From assembly GCA_044356455.1 (NCBI GenBank), contig JBIKWF010000036.1, positions 1 through 36,312 of the forward strand: a DNA stretch of 36,312 nt, in the 5' to 3' direction. Within the stretch, counting starts at the first letter, position 1. Every line of letters starts with the position of its first letter. Positions 1 to 8,586 of the stretch are shown one piece after another. The notes below the pieces were generated by a model, which was given only the letters and a program-made list of their open reading frames with translations, ran no database searches and was not told where the DNA came from. The stretch is from Bdellovibrionota bacterium (GTDB taxonomy: Bacteria > Bdellovibrionota_C > UBA2361 > JBGSMV01). The position numbers and the translations under genes were made by a program.

Positions 1-95
1 AGGGACTGTCTCTCGAGAGAGGCGCCTTGCGTTTAACTCCGCTCCTGGGGCTTAAATTCGGGCGACTGTTCGGGCACTCACTGGGGCGCTGTCCA

Positions 96-923
96 CTAGG
101 GAGTCTGGTTCACAGGATTCTCTTTCGGCTGAGCCCAGCGCACCACCAAGATACTAAGTCCGTACAAGACCAGCAGGGGAGCAGCAAGTAAGCACTGTGT
201 AATTACATCGGGAGGGGAGAGCACGGCAGCGAGGATGAAGATTCCAACGATGGCGTGCCTCACATGGTCGATAAGAAAGCGATCGGTGAGAAACCCAAGG
301 CGTGCGAGAAAATAAGCCAATACCGGCATCTCAAACACCACGCCGAACGCAAGTAGTCCCGTAATCATGGTTGATAAATGTTCGCTCATCCTCACCGTTG
401 GGGTGAGCCCCACTGATACATATTCTGAGTGGAAAAACTGGAAGGCGAAGGGGAATATAATGTCGTAGCCGAACCAAATACCGAGAGCAAAAAGCAGGGT
501 GCTTGCGGCGATAAAGGGAACCGCTTGGCGTTTCTCATGTGAATACAGCCCAGGAGCAATGAAGAGCCAGAGCTGATAGAACACGTACGGAGAAGCGAGA
601 ATGAAGCCGCCAAAGAAGGCTACCTTCATTTTTAAGATAAAGGCTTCGGCTGGACCCGTTCCGATAAGCTTATCGTCCTTAAAAGCGTCGAAGTAAGGCT
701 TGTTTAAGATATCAAAGATGTACTGAGCATAGAGGTACCCAACTACCGCGGCACAGGTAATTGCTATGCTACTCAGGACTATGCGCTTTCTTAGTTCCCG
801 CAGATGATCCATTAGTCCCATTTCCGGGAGCTCTTCTTCTCCCGGTTCTGGAGCGTGGCCCAGCGGCGCAGGGGGCGATTTCGTAGATGCTGCCTGTGGG
901 GCTGTAGGGAGTGACGAGTTCAT
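96..923 (-). CDS. tatC: Twin-arginine translocase subunit TatC
   Basis: Motifs HLRELRKR, YQLWLFIAPGLYSHEK, FGVVFEMP, SPPDVITQ; six hydrophobic segments; start overlaps the tatB stop (TGATG). Confidence 0.97.
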   Translation of the reverse strand: MNSSLPTAPQAASTKSPPAPLGHAPEPGEEELPEMGLMDHLRELRKRIVLSSIAITCAAVVGYLYAQYIFDILNKPYFDAFKDDKLIGTGPAEAFILKMKVAFFGGFILASPYVFYQLWLFIAPGLYSHEKRQAVPFIAASTLLFALGIWFGYDIIFPFAFQFFHSEYVSVGLTPTVRMSEHLSTMITGLLAFGVVFEMPVLAYFLARLGFLTDRFLIDHVRHAIVGIFILAAVLSPPDVITQCLLAAPLLVLYGLSILVVRWAQPKENPVNQTP

Positions 924-1372
924 CAGGAGTCCGCCTTTTGCGATGGCATATTCTGAAGGTCAAAGGGCAGGGTTACTGCTACTGAACTTGACGCTTCAGA
1001 GGTTGCTGCTTGCGATTCTGCTGTGTCTGGGCTGGCCTTAGTAGGTTCTGATGCGGGCAGAAGAGTATTGGCAGAAGTCTGCATAAGCTGAGTGCGCTTA
1101 GCGATAGTGTCGGGGCAACTCGGTTCAAGGCGAGCTACGCTAGAAATATCCGAGCGAAGTTGCGCAATCTCAGTCTTTGCTCGATTTAAATCCTCTTTGG
1201 CTGGCTCGTAAACGGCATTGTAGAATTCCCGGCGCAGAGCATTGGAGGTCTTTTGGAAATCGCCCGTGACTTTTCCGATCATACGCGCAATTTCAGGCAG
1301 CTTCTCGGGTCCAAAGACCACGAGCGCAACCACTAAGATAAGAACAAACTCAAAAAAACTGACGCCAAACAT
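923..1372 (-). CDS. tatB: Twin-arginine translocase subunit TatB (TatA/B family)
   Basis: MFGVSFFEFVLILVVALVVFGPEKLPEIAR, with a TM helix, FGP hinge and amphipathic helix. Start placed at ATG 1372 rather than the ORF-track start 1486. Confidence 0.9.
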   Translation of the reverse strand: MFGVSFFEFVLILVVALVVFGPEKLPEIARMIGKVTGDFQKTSNALRREFYNAVYEPAKEDLNRAKTEIAQLRSDISSVARLEPSCPDTIAKRTQLMQTSANTLLPASEPTKASPDTAESQAATSEASSSVAVTLPFDLQNMPSQKADS

Positions 1373-1805
1373 GGGCTGCCTACATTCGAAAGATGCCGGG
1401 AGCTTCGCCTGCGGGCATACGCTCTTAAGAGAGAGATTGGGGCAAATAACACAGAGGTTGTTTCGGCCCCCTTTTTTTTGCCCCAAGCACGCAAGTTCGT
1501 TTCCTCTGCCTCAATCGGCAGAATACTTAGAGAACAGTACTACGTATTTGTAGGATTCGGAAAGTTACCTCCCCAAGTGAGACTGCTCAAATGCGTTTAA
1601 ATCTGTGCTGAGTGAGCCGCTTACTCTCAGTTTGGTAACCATCCAAGTAATTCGTAGTTGTTGCTCAAGGAATAAAAGTTGCTTCCAGCAGGCGGTGGCC
1701 GTGGTGGTCATCACGGCAGGCTGGAGTTTTTTTACCGCCCTGCCGAAGTATTGTCAGGTTCCTCTCTCGGGGAGAGGGGTTAAAAAGGTGGGAGTTAAAG
1801 GTTAT

Positions 1806-2654
1806 ATGAATACATTTCGCTTAGGCGCAGTGGCTTGTGTGGTTGCTGCCTCTCTATTTTCTTCTGGATGTGCAACGTTAGACAAAAGCTCTGTTGCTGC
1901 TTCCAATAACGTTCCAGGTCACAATCAGGTTGAAGCTATTTCGGTTCCTTACGATCCAAAGCTTCCTAAGTTCGTGGTGGCGGTAGAGCCCTTCCGCATG
2001 GATGACTCCGAGCAGGTAATCGAAGCTTCCTCTACGGGTAGCAAGCGCTGCATAGGCGGCGAGTGCACCACCACCATTACTAATAAGACAGTCGGTCACG
2101 GAGTTTCCGCTCAATTAGTGACCGCACTCACCAACGCAGGAAATCTCTCTGTCGTTGATATGGCTGCAGTCAAAAAGCAAAAGGGCGGACTCTACTCAAC
2201 CCGAATTGGTAAGGGCGAAAAGGGCCCCTATATTATTCGTGGTGTGGTGACTGAGTTCACCGAGAATGCCCAGTCGTCTGAACGCAACAACGGAGCCTCT
2301 CTTGGTTGGGCCGGCACTGTTGCGGGTATTGCAGGCGCCGTGACGGGTAACAGAGGATTGTTCTGGGCTGGTGCAGGCGTTTCTGCTGCGAATCCGTCGT
2401 TCGCTTCTCAAAAGCGTGAGAAGACTGGCATGATTGCCTTTGACGTCCAGGTAGTGAACGGGAAGAATGGGCGCATTGTGAAATCCTTCAATGTGGTGGG
2501 TACTTTCACCGCACAGTCCGCTACCAATGGCGTGAGCCTCTTTGGTATTGGGACCTCTAAGACCGAGTTCGCCCAGAGCGTGCTTGGCCAGGCGATGCGC
2601 GTAGCTATGAATGATGCGGTGCAAAAGACCGTAGATGCCCTCAAGGGTGCCTAA
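1806..2654 (+). CDS. CsgG/HfaB-like lipoprotein
   Basis: GGAG RBS at 1791, lipobox SSGC, GHGVSAQLVTAL...LSVVD, IIRGVVTEF, FDVQVVNGKNGRIV and GQAMRVAMNDAV fit the CsgG family pattern. Confidence 0.75.
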   Translation: MNTFRLGAVACVVAASLFSSGCATLDKSSVAASNNVPGHNQVEAISVPYDPKLPKFVVAVEPFRMDDSEQVIEASSTGSKRCIGGECTTTITNKTVGHGVSAQLVTALTNAGNLSVVDMAAVKKQKGGLYSTRIGKGEKGPYIIRGVVTEFTENAQSSERNNGASLGWAGTVAGIAGAVTGNRGLFWAGAGVSAANPSFASQKREKTGMIAFDVQVVNGKNGRIVKSFNVVGTFTAQSATNGVSLFGIGTSKTEFAQSVLGQAMRVAMNDAVQKTVDALKGA

Positions 2655-2680
2655 GGTCATTGTTGTTTCCAGCAAATGAA

Positions 2681-2712
2681 GAAGGGGAGGCAAGGGCCTC
2701 CCCTTCTTTTTT
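2681..2712 (+). terminator. Rho-independent terminator
   Basis: GAAGGGGAGGC-AAGG-GCCTCCCCTTC (11-bp stem) followed by a T run, just after the CsgG-like gene and between convergent genes. Confidence 0.9.
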
Positions 2713-2727
2713 AGTTTCTGAGGTATT

Positions 2728-3183
2728 CTATTCTGTGATCTTCAAGTCGCAGGCTAGGTTTCCTCCGACTGTTCCATTTCCTACAAGAGTCATCGTCGCA
2801 CCATTCTTCGAGGTGAACCCTGAACAGTCCTCCCCACCACTAATGGAGGTAGACGCCCCTAACTTGCCTTTTCGTGACAAGCTCCAAGCAAAGCAGATGC
2901 GATTTACTCCGGGCTCGTTATCATTGCGCCCTAGAAGCACCATGACCAAGGCCGCAAGACCTCCGCCCTGGGGATGGTGTCTGGTGGCGAAACCAAAGTA
3001 GGTTCTGTCAACACCGGCAACTTGCGATTCTTCATCCTCCGTGAGAACAAGCGAGCCCTCAAACGGAGAAGTTCCACTACAAGAATATGCAAGCTGCGGC
3101 TCGGCAAAGGCGACCGAGTGTAGCGCGACCGCTTGCATGAGAAGTGCGATTTGAAAAATCGCGGTGAGCATGAACTTATTCAT
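2728..3183 (-). CDS. Hypothetical secreted protein
   Basis: MNKFMLTAIFQIALLMQAVALHSVAFA looks like a signal peptide; four Cys in the mature part; no family recognised. Confidence 0.6.
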   Translation of the reverse strand: MNKFMLTAIFQIALLMQAVALHSVAFAEPQLAYSCSGTSPFEGSLVLTEDEESQVAGVDRTYFGFATRHHPQGGGLAALVMVLLGRNDNEPGVNRICFAWSLSRKGKLGASTSISGGEDCSGFTSKNGATMTLVGNGTVGGNLACDLKITE

Positions 3184-3364
3184 AAGTGAATCTGCCTTAC
3201 GCAAAAGTGAAACTACCTAAGCTCCCGTTCAGATGTAAGGCGCTTACAAAAGGGCCTTCGAAGAGCGGCGAATTCTGCAGCTCTCTTCACATTTGAGAAA
3301 TTTCCGCAGCCCTAAGTATGACGAGGGGAGCAGTTCCCTGCGAGTCCCTATGAGTGACGATGTT

Positions 3365-4204
3365 CTATGGATGAACGGCTGCTGAAAGGCTTAGCAGGGT
3401 TGGGCAATGATCCGAACCTTGAACGGTAGTGAGCAGGCTCGCCTTGTTTATGCGAGTAGCTAAGGGGCCAGCAAGAAATTGATAGTCGATACGCCAGCCC
3501 AAGTTCTTCCCCCTTGCGCCCGCTCGGTACGTCCACCAGCTATATTCCCCCGCTGTTGTGGGGTGCACGGCTCGGTAGCTGTCTACAAAACCAGCCTCTA
3601 CCAACCTGTCCATCCAGGCCCTCTCTTCTGGCAGGAACCCTGTGAGTTTACGTTTCTCAGCTTCTTTGGGGTGATGAATATCAATCTCTTTATGACAAAT
3701 ATTAAAGTCGCCGCATAAAATGACTCGTCTCATATCATGAGCGGGAAGCGAGGTAAGATGCGCGAGGAGCAAATCGAGAAAACGGTACTTTTCTAATTGG
3801 CGGTGGTCGCCGGAGGTGCCGGAGGGGAAGTAGAGGTTGTAAAGAAGAAGGCCCTCGATTTCTGTGACTAATATACGCCCCTCGCGCGCAAAGAGATCAC
3901 GTTCCTTCGATAGTGAGGTTCGAAGGATTTCCGTAGTAATGCCCATCGACTTCTTTACGAAGGTGGCAACGCCTGAGTACCCAGGCTTTTCTGCGGAGGA
4001 AAAAGCTACTGAATAGTCTGGGAGGTCGTCACTTAACGACGGAACATCCTTCTCAAAGGCTTTCACTTCCTGCAGGCAAATAACGTCGGGAGCTAGTTCC
4101 CGCACGATATCTGCAAATCCCTTAGAAAGGATTGATCGCAAGCCGTTTACGTTCCACCCAAGAATGGTGAGGGGAAGATTGCCTGAACTCCGCGACGGGG
4201 ACAT
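3365..4204 (-). CDS. xth: Exodeoxyribonuclease III (AP endonuclease family 1)
   Basis: WNVNGLR, CLQEVK, GYSGVA, YFPSG, CGDFN, YSWWTYR, GWRIDY, GSDHCP. Confidence 0.96.
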   Translation of the reverse strand: MSPSRSSGNLPLTILGWNVNGLRSILSKGFADIVRELAPDVICLQEVKAFEKDVPSLSDDLPDYSVAFSSAEKPGYSGVATFVKKSMGITTEILRTSLSKERDLFAREGRILVTEIEGLLLYNLYFPSGTSGDHRQLEKYRFLDLLLAHLTSLPAHDMRRVILCGDFNICHKEIDIHHPKEAEKRKLTGFLPEERAWMDRLVEAGFVDSYRAVHPTTAGEYSWWTYRAGARGKNLGWRIDYQFLAGPLATRINKASLLTTVQGSDHCPTLLSLSAAVHP

Positions 4205-4212
4205 CGAAGGAC

Positions 4213-4971
4213 CTATGCAGATTTTTTGAGCACGACAAGATGCTGGAATGCAAAAAAGCCTGGCAGCATTCGAGCGAGCGCCAGGCGAAAGTGCCTGAGG
4301 CCTTCAAACCAGCGCGTGGAATGAATCGCCTCAGGAAGCACAAATTCCGCAGGCTCAATGCTTCCACTCTGGGAAACAATCCGAAGAGAAGGGATGCTCT
4401 GGGTAAATCGATTCACCCGCGCCCTGGTAAAGAGCTGAAGATGCGTACGGTCAAGCAGTCCGCGCTCAGTATAGTGAAACCACCCGAATAATAGCGGCAG
4501 GCGTACGCTCCAGTGGGCGACGTTTGGTACTGAGACGAGAATAATTCCTCCGGGGGTCAAAAGACTTGACGCCTCATGCAAAAATTTCTCTGGCTCAGTC
4601 ATGTGTTCAATGACGTCGAGCAGCAAAATGAGATCGAATTTTTGGCCACGGAATGGCTCGATAGACGACTCAATCTGGGAGTAGATGCCTCGGGCATTGT
4701 CCCTAGCCGCTGCATCAATTTCCACTGCCTTAAGGGACTGCCATCCCTTCGCTTTAAGTTCTCTTCCAATCGCTCCGCTACCGCAGCCAATGTCTAAGAC
4801 TCGTGTGGTTGGCGGAAGTTTTGCGCACTCGCCGAGGGCCCAAGAATGGCTCGAACCGGTGAACGGTTTATATTGGTAGCGTTCGTGGGGTGGGGCGGCT
4901 TCGAACGCGCGAAAATCCTGGGCTGTCATGGTGTCCATGTGCGGATGCTTTGTACGTTGGGCGAAGGGCAT
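4213..4971 (-). CDS. Class I SAM-dependent methyltransferase
   Basis: VLDIGCGSG motif I, FDLILLLDVIEH, VSVPNVAH, GLLDRTHL (type often found in glycan loci). The start may be a downstream Met. Confidence 0.9.
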   Translation of the reverse strand: MPFAQRTKHPHMDTMTAQDFRAFEAAPPHERYQYKPFTGSSHSWALGECAKLPPTTRVLDIGCGSGAIGRELKAKGWQSLKAVEIDAAARDNARGIYSQIESSIEPFRGQKFDLILLLDVIEHMTEPEKFLHEASSLLTPGGIILVSVPNVAHWSVRLPLLFGWFHYTERGLLDRTHLQLFTRARVNRFTQSIPSLRIVSQSGSIEPAEFVLPEAIHSTRWFEGLRHFRLALARMLPGFFAFQHLVVLKKSA

Positions 4972-5059
4972 TGTTTTTACTCGAGGGCACTGCTTTCACT
5001 CGAGGGCGCTGCTTTCACTCGAGGGTACTGCTTTCACTCGAGGGCACGGCCTCCACTCG
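4962..5059. repeat. 19-bp tandem repeat, 4 near-perfect plus degenerate flanking copies
   Basis: TCGAGGG recurs at 4981, 5000, 5019 and 5038 (TCG again at 5057); unit TCGAGGGCACTGCTTTCAC. Confidence 0.95.
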
Positions 5060-5268
5060 TTAGAATGGGAGATTGCCCTATCCGGTACCCCGGGTACAAC
5101 TGCCCGTGAGAGTGTACCTATAGTAGGTAGGCGAGCAACTCCAAATTCCGAACCAGCTCATCAGAAAGAGTCATTAGTTCTAGGGTGTTATGGCGAAAAA
5201 GATTTCACGTCCGGGGGCTATGGGGTTTCCTGCATGGGAGCGGGTGGGGGGCCATCAGCTCCTATATC

Positions 5269-5485
5269 TAAGGAACCTCTGAAAAACTCCCCCTCCGCGT
5301 ACTCAGCGTCCACCGCGTTACTTGAATACTATTGAATAACGCGGAGCCGTCTACGCCTTACGGCTTCGCCGAGCCTGGCTTCAGTGCGGCCGCGGCGCAG
5401 CTTTGGCGGAGCCGGGTACGCAGAGTACGCGGATCAAGAACAGGACAGAAGAAGCTCGATTTCTAGGTTTCTCAGAGATTCCTTA
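5269..5485. mobile_element. Non-autonomous MITE-like element with IS5-like ends and nested palindromes
   Basis: TAAGGAACCTCTGAAAAAC (5269-5287) vs GTTTCTCAGAGATTCCTTA (5467-5485), 17/19 inverted match with CTAA/TTAA flanks. Inner inverted repeats at 5294-5309/5418-5433 and 5313-5320/5337-5344. Confidence 0.75.
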
Positions 5486-5524
5486 ATTCTCATAACCCTG
5501 TCCGTTCTCCTTCTCACTAGAAGG

Positions 5525-5827
5525 TTAGTCCTCATCCCGGTTTCCACCCAAGCGCCTTATTCCTTTGTATTCAGCCTCGTCTACTCGCGCGAGGTCATGG
5601 TTCATTTGCATCTCAAGCCACTTTCGGGGGCCTCCACCTAGAGCAGCGGAGAGCTTACAAGCCAGAGTTGGCGTCATCGCGGCTTCACCACTAATTACTG
5701 CGCTTACAAGAGCGGGATCGGCGCTTATAAAGCGAGCGAGATTGCCCATAGACAGGCCAATGTCTTCAAGCTCAGCAAGAAGCGCTTTTCCAGGATGTGG
5801 AAAGTCTTTGGGGTCATATTTGGTCAT
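5525..5827 (-). CDS. higA: HigA-family antitoxin / XRE HTH protein
   Basis: HPGKAL...LARFI...VSAVISGEAAMTPTLACKLSAALGGGPRKWLEMQMNHDL matches the HigA addiction-module antidote pattern. Confidence 0.85.
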   Translation of the reverse strand: MTKYDPKDFPHPGKALLAELEDIGLSMGNLARFISADPALVSAVISGEAAMTPTLACKLSAALGGGPRKWLEMQMNHDLARVDEAEYKGIRRLGGNRDED

Positions 5828-6086
5828 ACACTACTCACATGACGGAGGCTCACGCTCCTTTCCTGCGTGGGTAATCAAAATACCGGTCTCTTATACCGTA
5901 CTTTGAGCCAGGCGCACGCTGCCTTTTTTTTGAGATTTCTATTGAGGGGGTTCGGGGCAAGGCCAGCGTTATAGAGGGGACCATTTAGAGTTCCTCTCGA
6001 ATCTTGAGCGAGGGAACCCCCGAATATTCTAGGCGCCATGATTAGGCTCATAGGGCGCGCGAAGAGAGTGGTGCGACACTCGTCGA

Positions 6087-6440
6087 ATGAAAAACTCTCA
6101 ACACAAATCAGCCTTCTTCATTTCGCTTCTCATGTTTAGCGCCGGGTGTGCTTCGGCACCTTCCCCAAGCCCTAGTCTTGAGACTGCTCGCGTCGCGGTC
6201 GGTGAGGCAACCAGATACGAGGCTCCCAAATATGCGGCCACGGAACTGGCAATTGCCGAAAGTAAGCTGCAGCGAGCTCAGTTAGAGGGCGAACACGGGG
6301 AGAGAGTTCTCGCCCGCCGCCTCGCTGAGCAGGCGACTGTTGATGCGAGGTACGCACAAAGCCGTGCGCTCGCCGAGCGTGAACAAAGGGCTGCGGTAGA
6401 GACACATCAAACTGCTGAGACTTTGAGAAGTCGGCCCTAA
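6087..6440 (+). CDS. DUF4398-like lipoprotein
   Basis: Lipobox SAGC; APKYAATELAIAESKL...ARRLAEQATVDARYA; paired with an OmpA-domain gene, as is typical for the family. Confidence 0.8.
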   Translation: MKNSQHKSAFFISLLMFSAGCASAPSPSPSLETARVAVGEATRYEAPKYAATELAIAESKLQRAQLEGEHGERVLARRLAEQATVDARYAQSRALAEREQRAAVETHQTAETLRSRP

Positions 6441-6509
6441 ATCAGCGTGGCGGCGCCTCGCGTCTAAGTCAAAAAAACTGAACTTCACTTTAAAAATTGA
6501 GAATACCCT

Positions 6510-7358
6510 ATGGAACGCACCTCTAAACTCTGTCTTTCCTCACTCGTGTTTATTGGCCTTGCGGGCTGCTCGATGCAGGCAAACCCGGCCCTTGACCGAG
6601 CTCAGGTTGATATGCGCGAAGCGAAGAATAACCCCATGCTTGCCGAACGCTCTCCTACGCTTTTAGTTGAAGCTGCCTCTTTGCTTGATCGAGCTGAGCA
6701 GTCTTGGCACTACAAGCGGGATCGAGAGGAGGTTGACCACTTAGTGTATATGACTGAGCGCACCCTTGCTATCGCCCGTGAGGAGTCTCGCCGTAAGGGA
6801 TCGCTTGCGGACTCCGAGACGCAAAGAGAGAGGGCTCAGTTTGCTGCGCTCGATTTGAGGAATGCTTCCTCCGAGGCAAACGCGCGGGCACGCATGAGCG
6901 GTGAATTACTGGAAAGCTCGCGCGCCGCGAGCGATGCCAACAGAGAGCTTATCAGGGAGCTTTCCCAAAAGGTCTCTGCAATTCAAACGCGAGAAACTGA
7001 GCGAGGGCTCGTCCTTACCTTGAGCGATGATGTTTTGTTTGAGTCAGGAAGGGCAGAACTTAAGCCCGGTGCGCGGCTCAAGCTCAGTGCCATAGGGCGC
7101 TTCTTGCAAGATCATCCTGAGCGCAGGGCTGTGGTAGAAGGCCACACTGACAGTACGGGAACCTTTGCAGAGAATCGTGAACTCTCACAGAGAAGAGCTG
7201 ATTCAGTTCGCGCGCAGTTGCTGCAGGAAGGCGCTGAGCCGAGTCAAATCCAAAGTAAAGGAATGGGGCAGGAGTTTCCGCTCGCCTCGAATAACAGTCA
7301 GGCGGGGCGTTTGCAGAATAGGCGCGTGCAGATTCTGCTTAGCTCGCAAGAGGGCTGA
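6510..7358 (+). CDS. OmpA-family peptidoglycan-binding lipoprotein with N-terminal DUF4398-like helical region
   Basis: Lipobox LAGC; ERGLVLTLSDDVLFESG, VEGHTDSTG, NRELSQRRADSV, GRLQNRRVQI. Confidence 0.93.
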   Translation: MERTSKLCLSSLVFIGLAGCSMQANPALDRAQVDMREAKNNPMLAERSPTLLVEAASLLDRAEQSWHYKRDREEVDHLVYMTERTLAIAREESRRKGSLADSETQRERAQFAALDLRNASSEANARARMSGELLESSRAASDANRELIRELSQKVSAIQTRETERGLVLTLSDDVLFESGRAELKPGARLKLSAIGRFLQDHPERRAVVEGHTDSTGTFAENRELSQRRADSVRAQLLQEGAEPSQIQSKGMGQEFPLASNNSQAGRLQNRRVQILLSSQEG

Positions 7359-7363
7359 ACCAA

Positions 7364-7492
7364 GGAGCCTCTGAAAAACATCGCCATTTTATTTTTTCTC
7401 TCTGTGAACTCTGTGTTCTCTGTGGTTTTTCAACAAATTAAATCAACCACAGAGGGCACAGAGTTCACAGAGCGGACTCTTTCAAAGGTTTT
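7364..7492. mobile_element. Second MITE-like element with the same outer ends and an internal 28-bp palindrome
   Basis: Left end GGAGCCTCTGAAAAAC (7364-7379); degenerate right end TTTCAAAGGTTTT followed by CTAA. Internal arms CTCTGTGAACTCTGTGTTCTCTGTGGTT (7400-7427) and AACCACAGAGGGCACAGAGTTCACAGAG (7445-7472) match 26/28. Confidence 0.7.
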
Positions 7493-7504
7493 CTAAATTA
7501 TTCG

Positions 7505-7707
7505 CTCCCTCGTGACTGGGCGAAGAATGAGCCGGGGGGCGAATCCGTAGGGCCCGAGTCCATGGCGCAAGAAGTCTTGAGTTGGTTCGAGAGACCGCTT
7601 CAAGGTTCTTGCGCTTCAGGACTCAGACCTTTGTTTCGCATGCTACTGATGGGGAGACCTCCTTTGCTCGGAGCCGAGTTTTCCTTTGAGTGGTTGACTC
7701 GGGGGAG
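7505..7707 (+). ncRNA. Candidate structured ncRNA (6S-like rod architecture, family unassigned)
   Basis: Apical stem 7549-7630 of about 30 pairs with several G-U pairs on the + strand; closing stem CTCCCTCG/CGGGGGAG; internal GAGC/GCTC and GGGGGG/CCTCCT pairings. Hand-folded only. Confidence 0.35.
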
Positions 7708-7724
7708 ATTACTTGATGTCCGTG

Positions 7725-8315
7725 TCAGTTACTCGCACTTGCGCGCCAGTCCCGCGAACGCTGCATTCTCTCTTGGTAGAGCCGCTCATAGAACGCGAGC
7801 ATGATGGGCAGCGCCTCTTGGTCGGATACTGCCATCGCCCTGGTGAGAGCCTCCTTTGCTGCTTCAGAAGGTTTCACCAAAAGCCGCTCAAATTCTGCAG
7901 TGACGAACTCTTCGCTTTTTTCAGCGTTCACGAGCGTCGCCAAGTACCTGTCAATCGGAGTTCGATTCGCCTCGAGTTCGGTGAGCTGGTGCCGATAGTG
8001 CTGAACGAGCCACTCCTTTGCCAAGGTTCTCGCTTCTTGGCCTCTCTTTTCGGAGATAAGGCGTTTGAGCGTCGTCACGCGCGTGTCGAAAGCGATGCCT
8101 TCAAGGTGCGCATCTTTGGCGTGCAAGTCGCGCTCCTGCCGAAGGATGGCCTCGATATATTGCTCGGAGCCTGCCGTGATGGGATTGCGCTTGTGCGCGG
8201 CATCGTCGCTGAGCACAAAAATCACAATCACGAGTGGGACTACAAAAGCTACAATTACCTGACCGAGTACTTGCCTTGGAATCTGCCTCGAAATCTGACT
8301 GGGGGGCCGCGTCAT
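7725..8315 (-). CDS. Hypothetical membrane-anchored helical protein
   Basis: GGAGG RBS upstream on the minus strand, single N-terminal TM (VIVAFVVPLVIVIFVL), charged helical remainder. Confidence 0.65.
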   Translation of the reverse strand: MTRPPSQISRQIPRQVLGQVIVAFVVPLVIVIFVLSDDAAHKRNPITAGSEQYIEAILRQERDLHAKDAHLEGIAFDTRVTTLKRLISEKRGQEARTLAKEWLVQHYRHQLTELEANRTPIDRYLATLVNAEKSEEFVTAEFERLLVKPSEAAKEALTRAMAVSDQEALPIMLAFYERLYQERMQRSRDWRASASN

Positions 8316-8586
8316 GCGATATCCTCCTTAAAAACCGCTTTCCGCGTGATGTGGCAACAAGCCACTCCGTGCAGAAGCAAAACCTTGGAGTCCTGAATAG
8401 ACTCGGAAATGAGTTGGGAAAGAACGAAAGAGAAGGCTAAGGCGAAACGAGCAACCCGGCAATTAGAGATCTGGAGGGGGGGGAGCTCTAAGAAGGGGCT
8501 CCGTGACAGAGATTTCTCAGCCCTCGTGCCCTGTGCTAGGGTCGTAGAGGTGAATATGACCTTCCTGCGGGGGCCTGGCTCAGCCT

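Noticed and set aside
3205..3360. Possible riboswitch upstream of the secreted hypothetical gene
   Set aside because: Only weak hairpins and no recognisable aptamer consensus on either strand.
4962..5059. Possible mini-CRISPR array
   Set aside because: The units are contiguous with no unique spacers, and there are no cas genes in the window.
7713..8396. 227 aa + strand ORF
   Set aside because: Antisense shadow of the minus-strand gene 7725-8315, which has an RBS and a TM segment.
8476..8483. G8 tract upstream of murC (another at 23317-23324) as phase-variation switches
   Set aside because: Short, intergenic, and no evidence of length variation from a single sequence.
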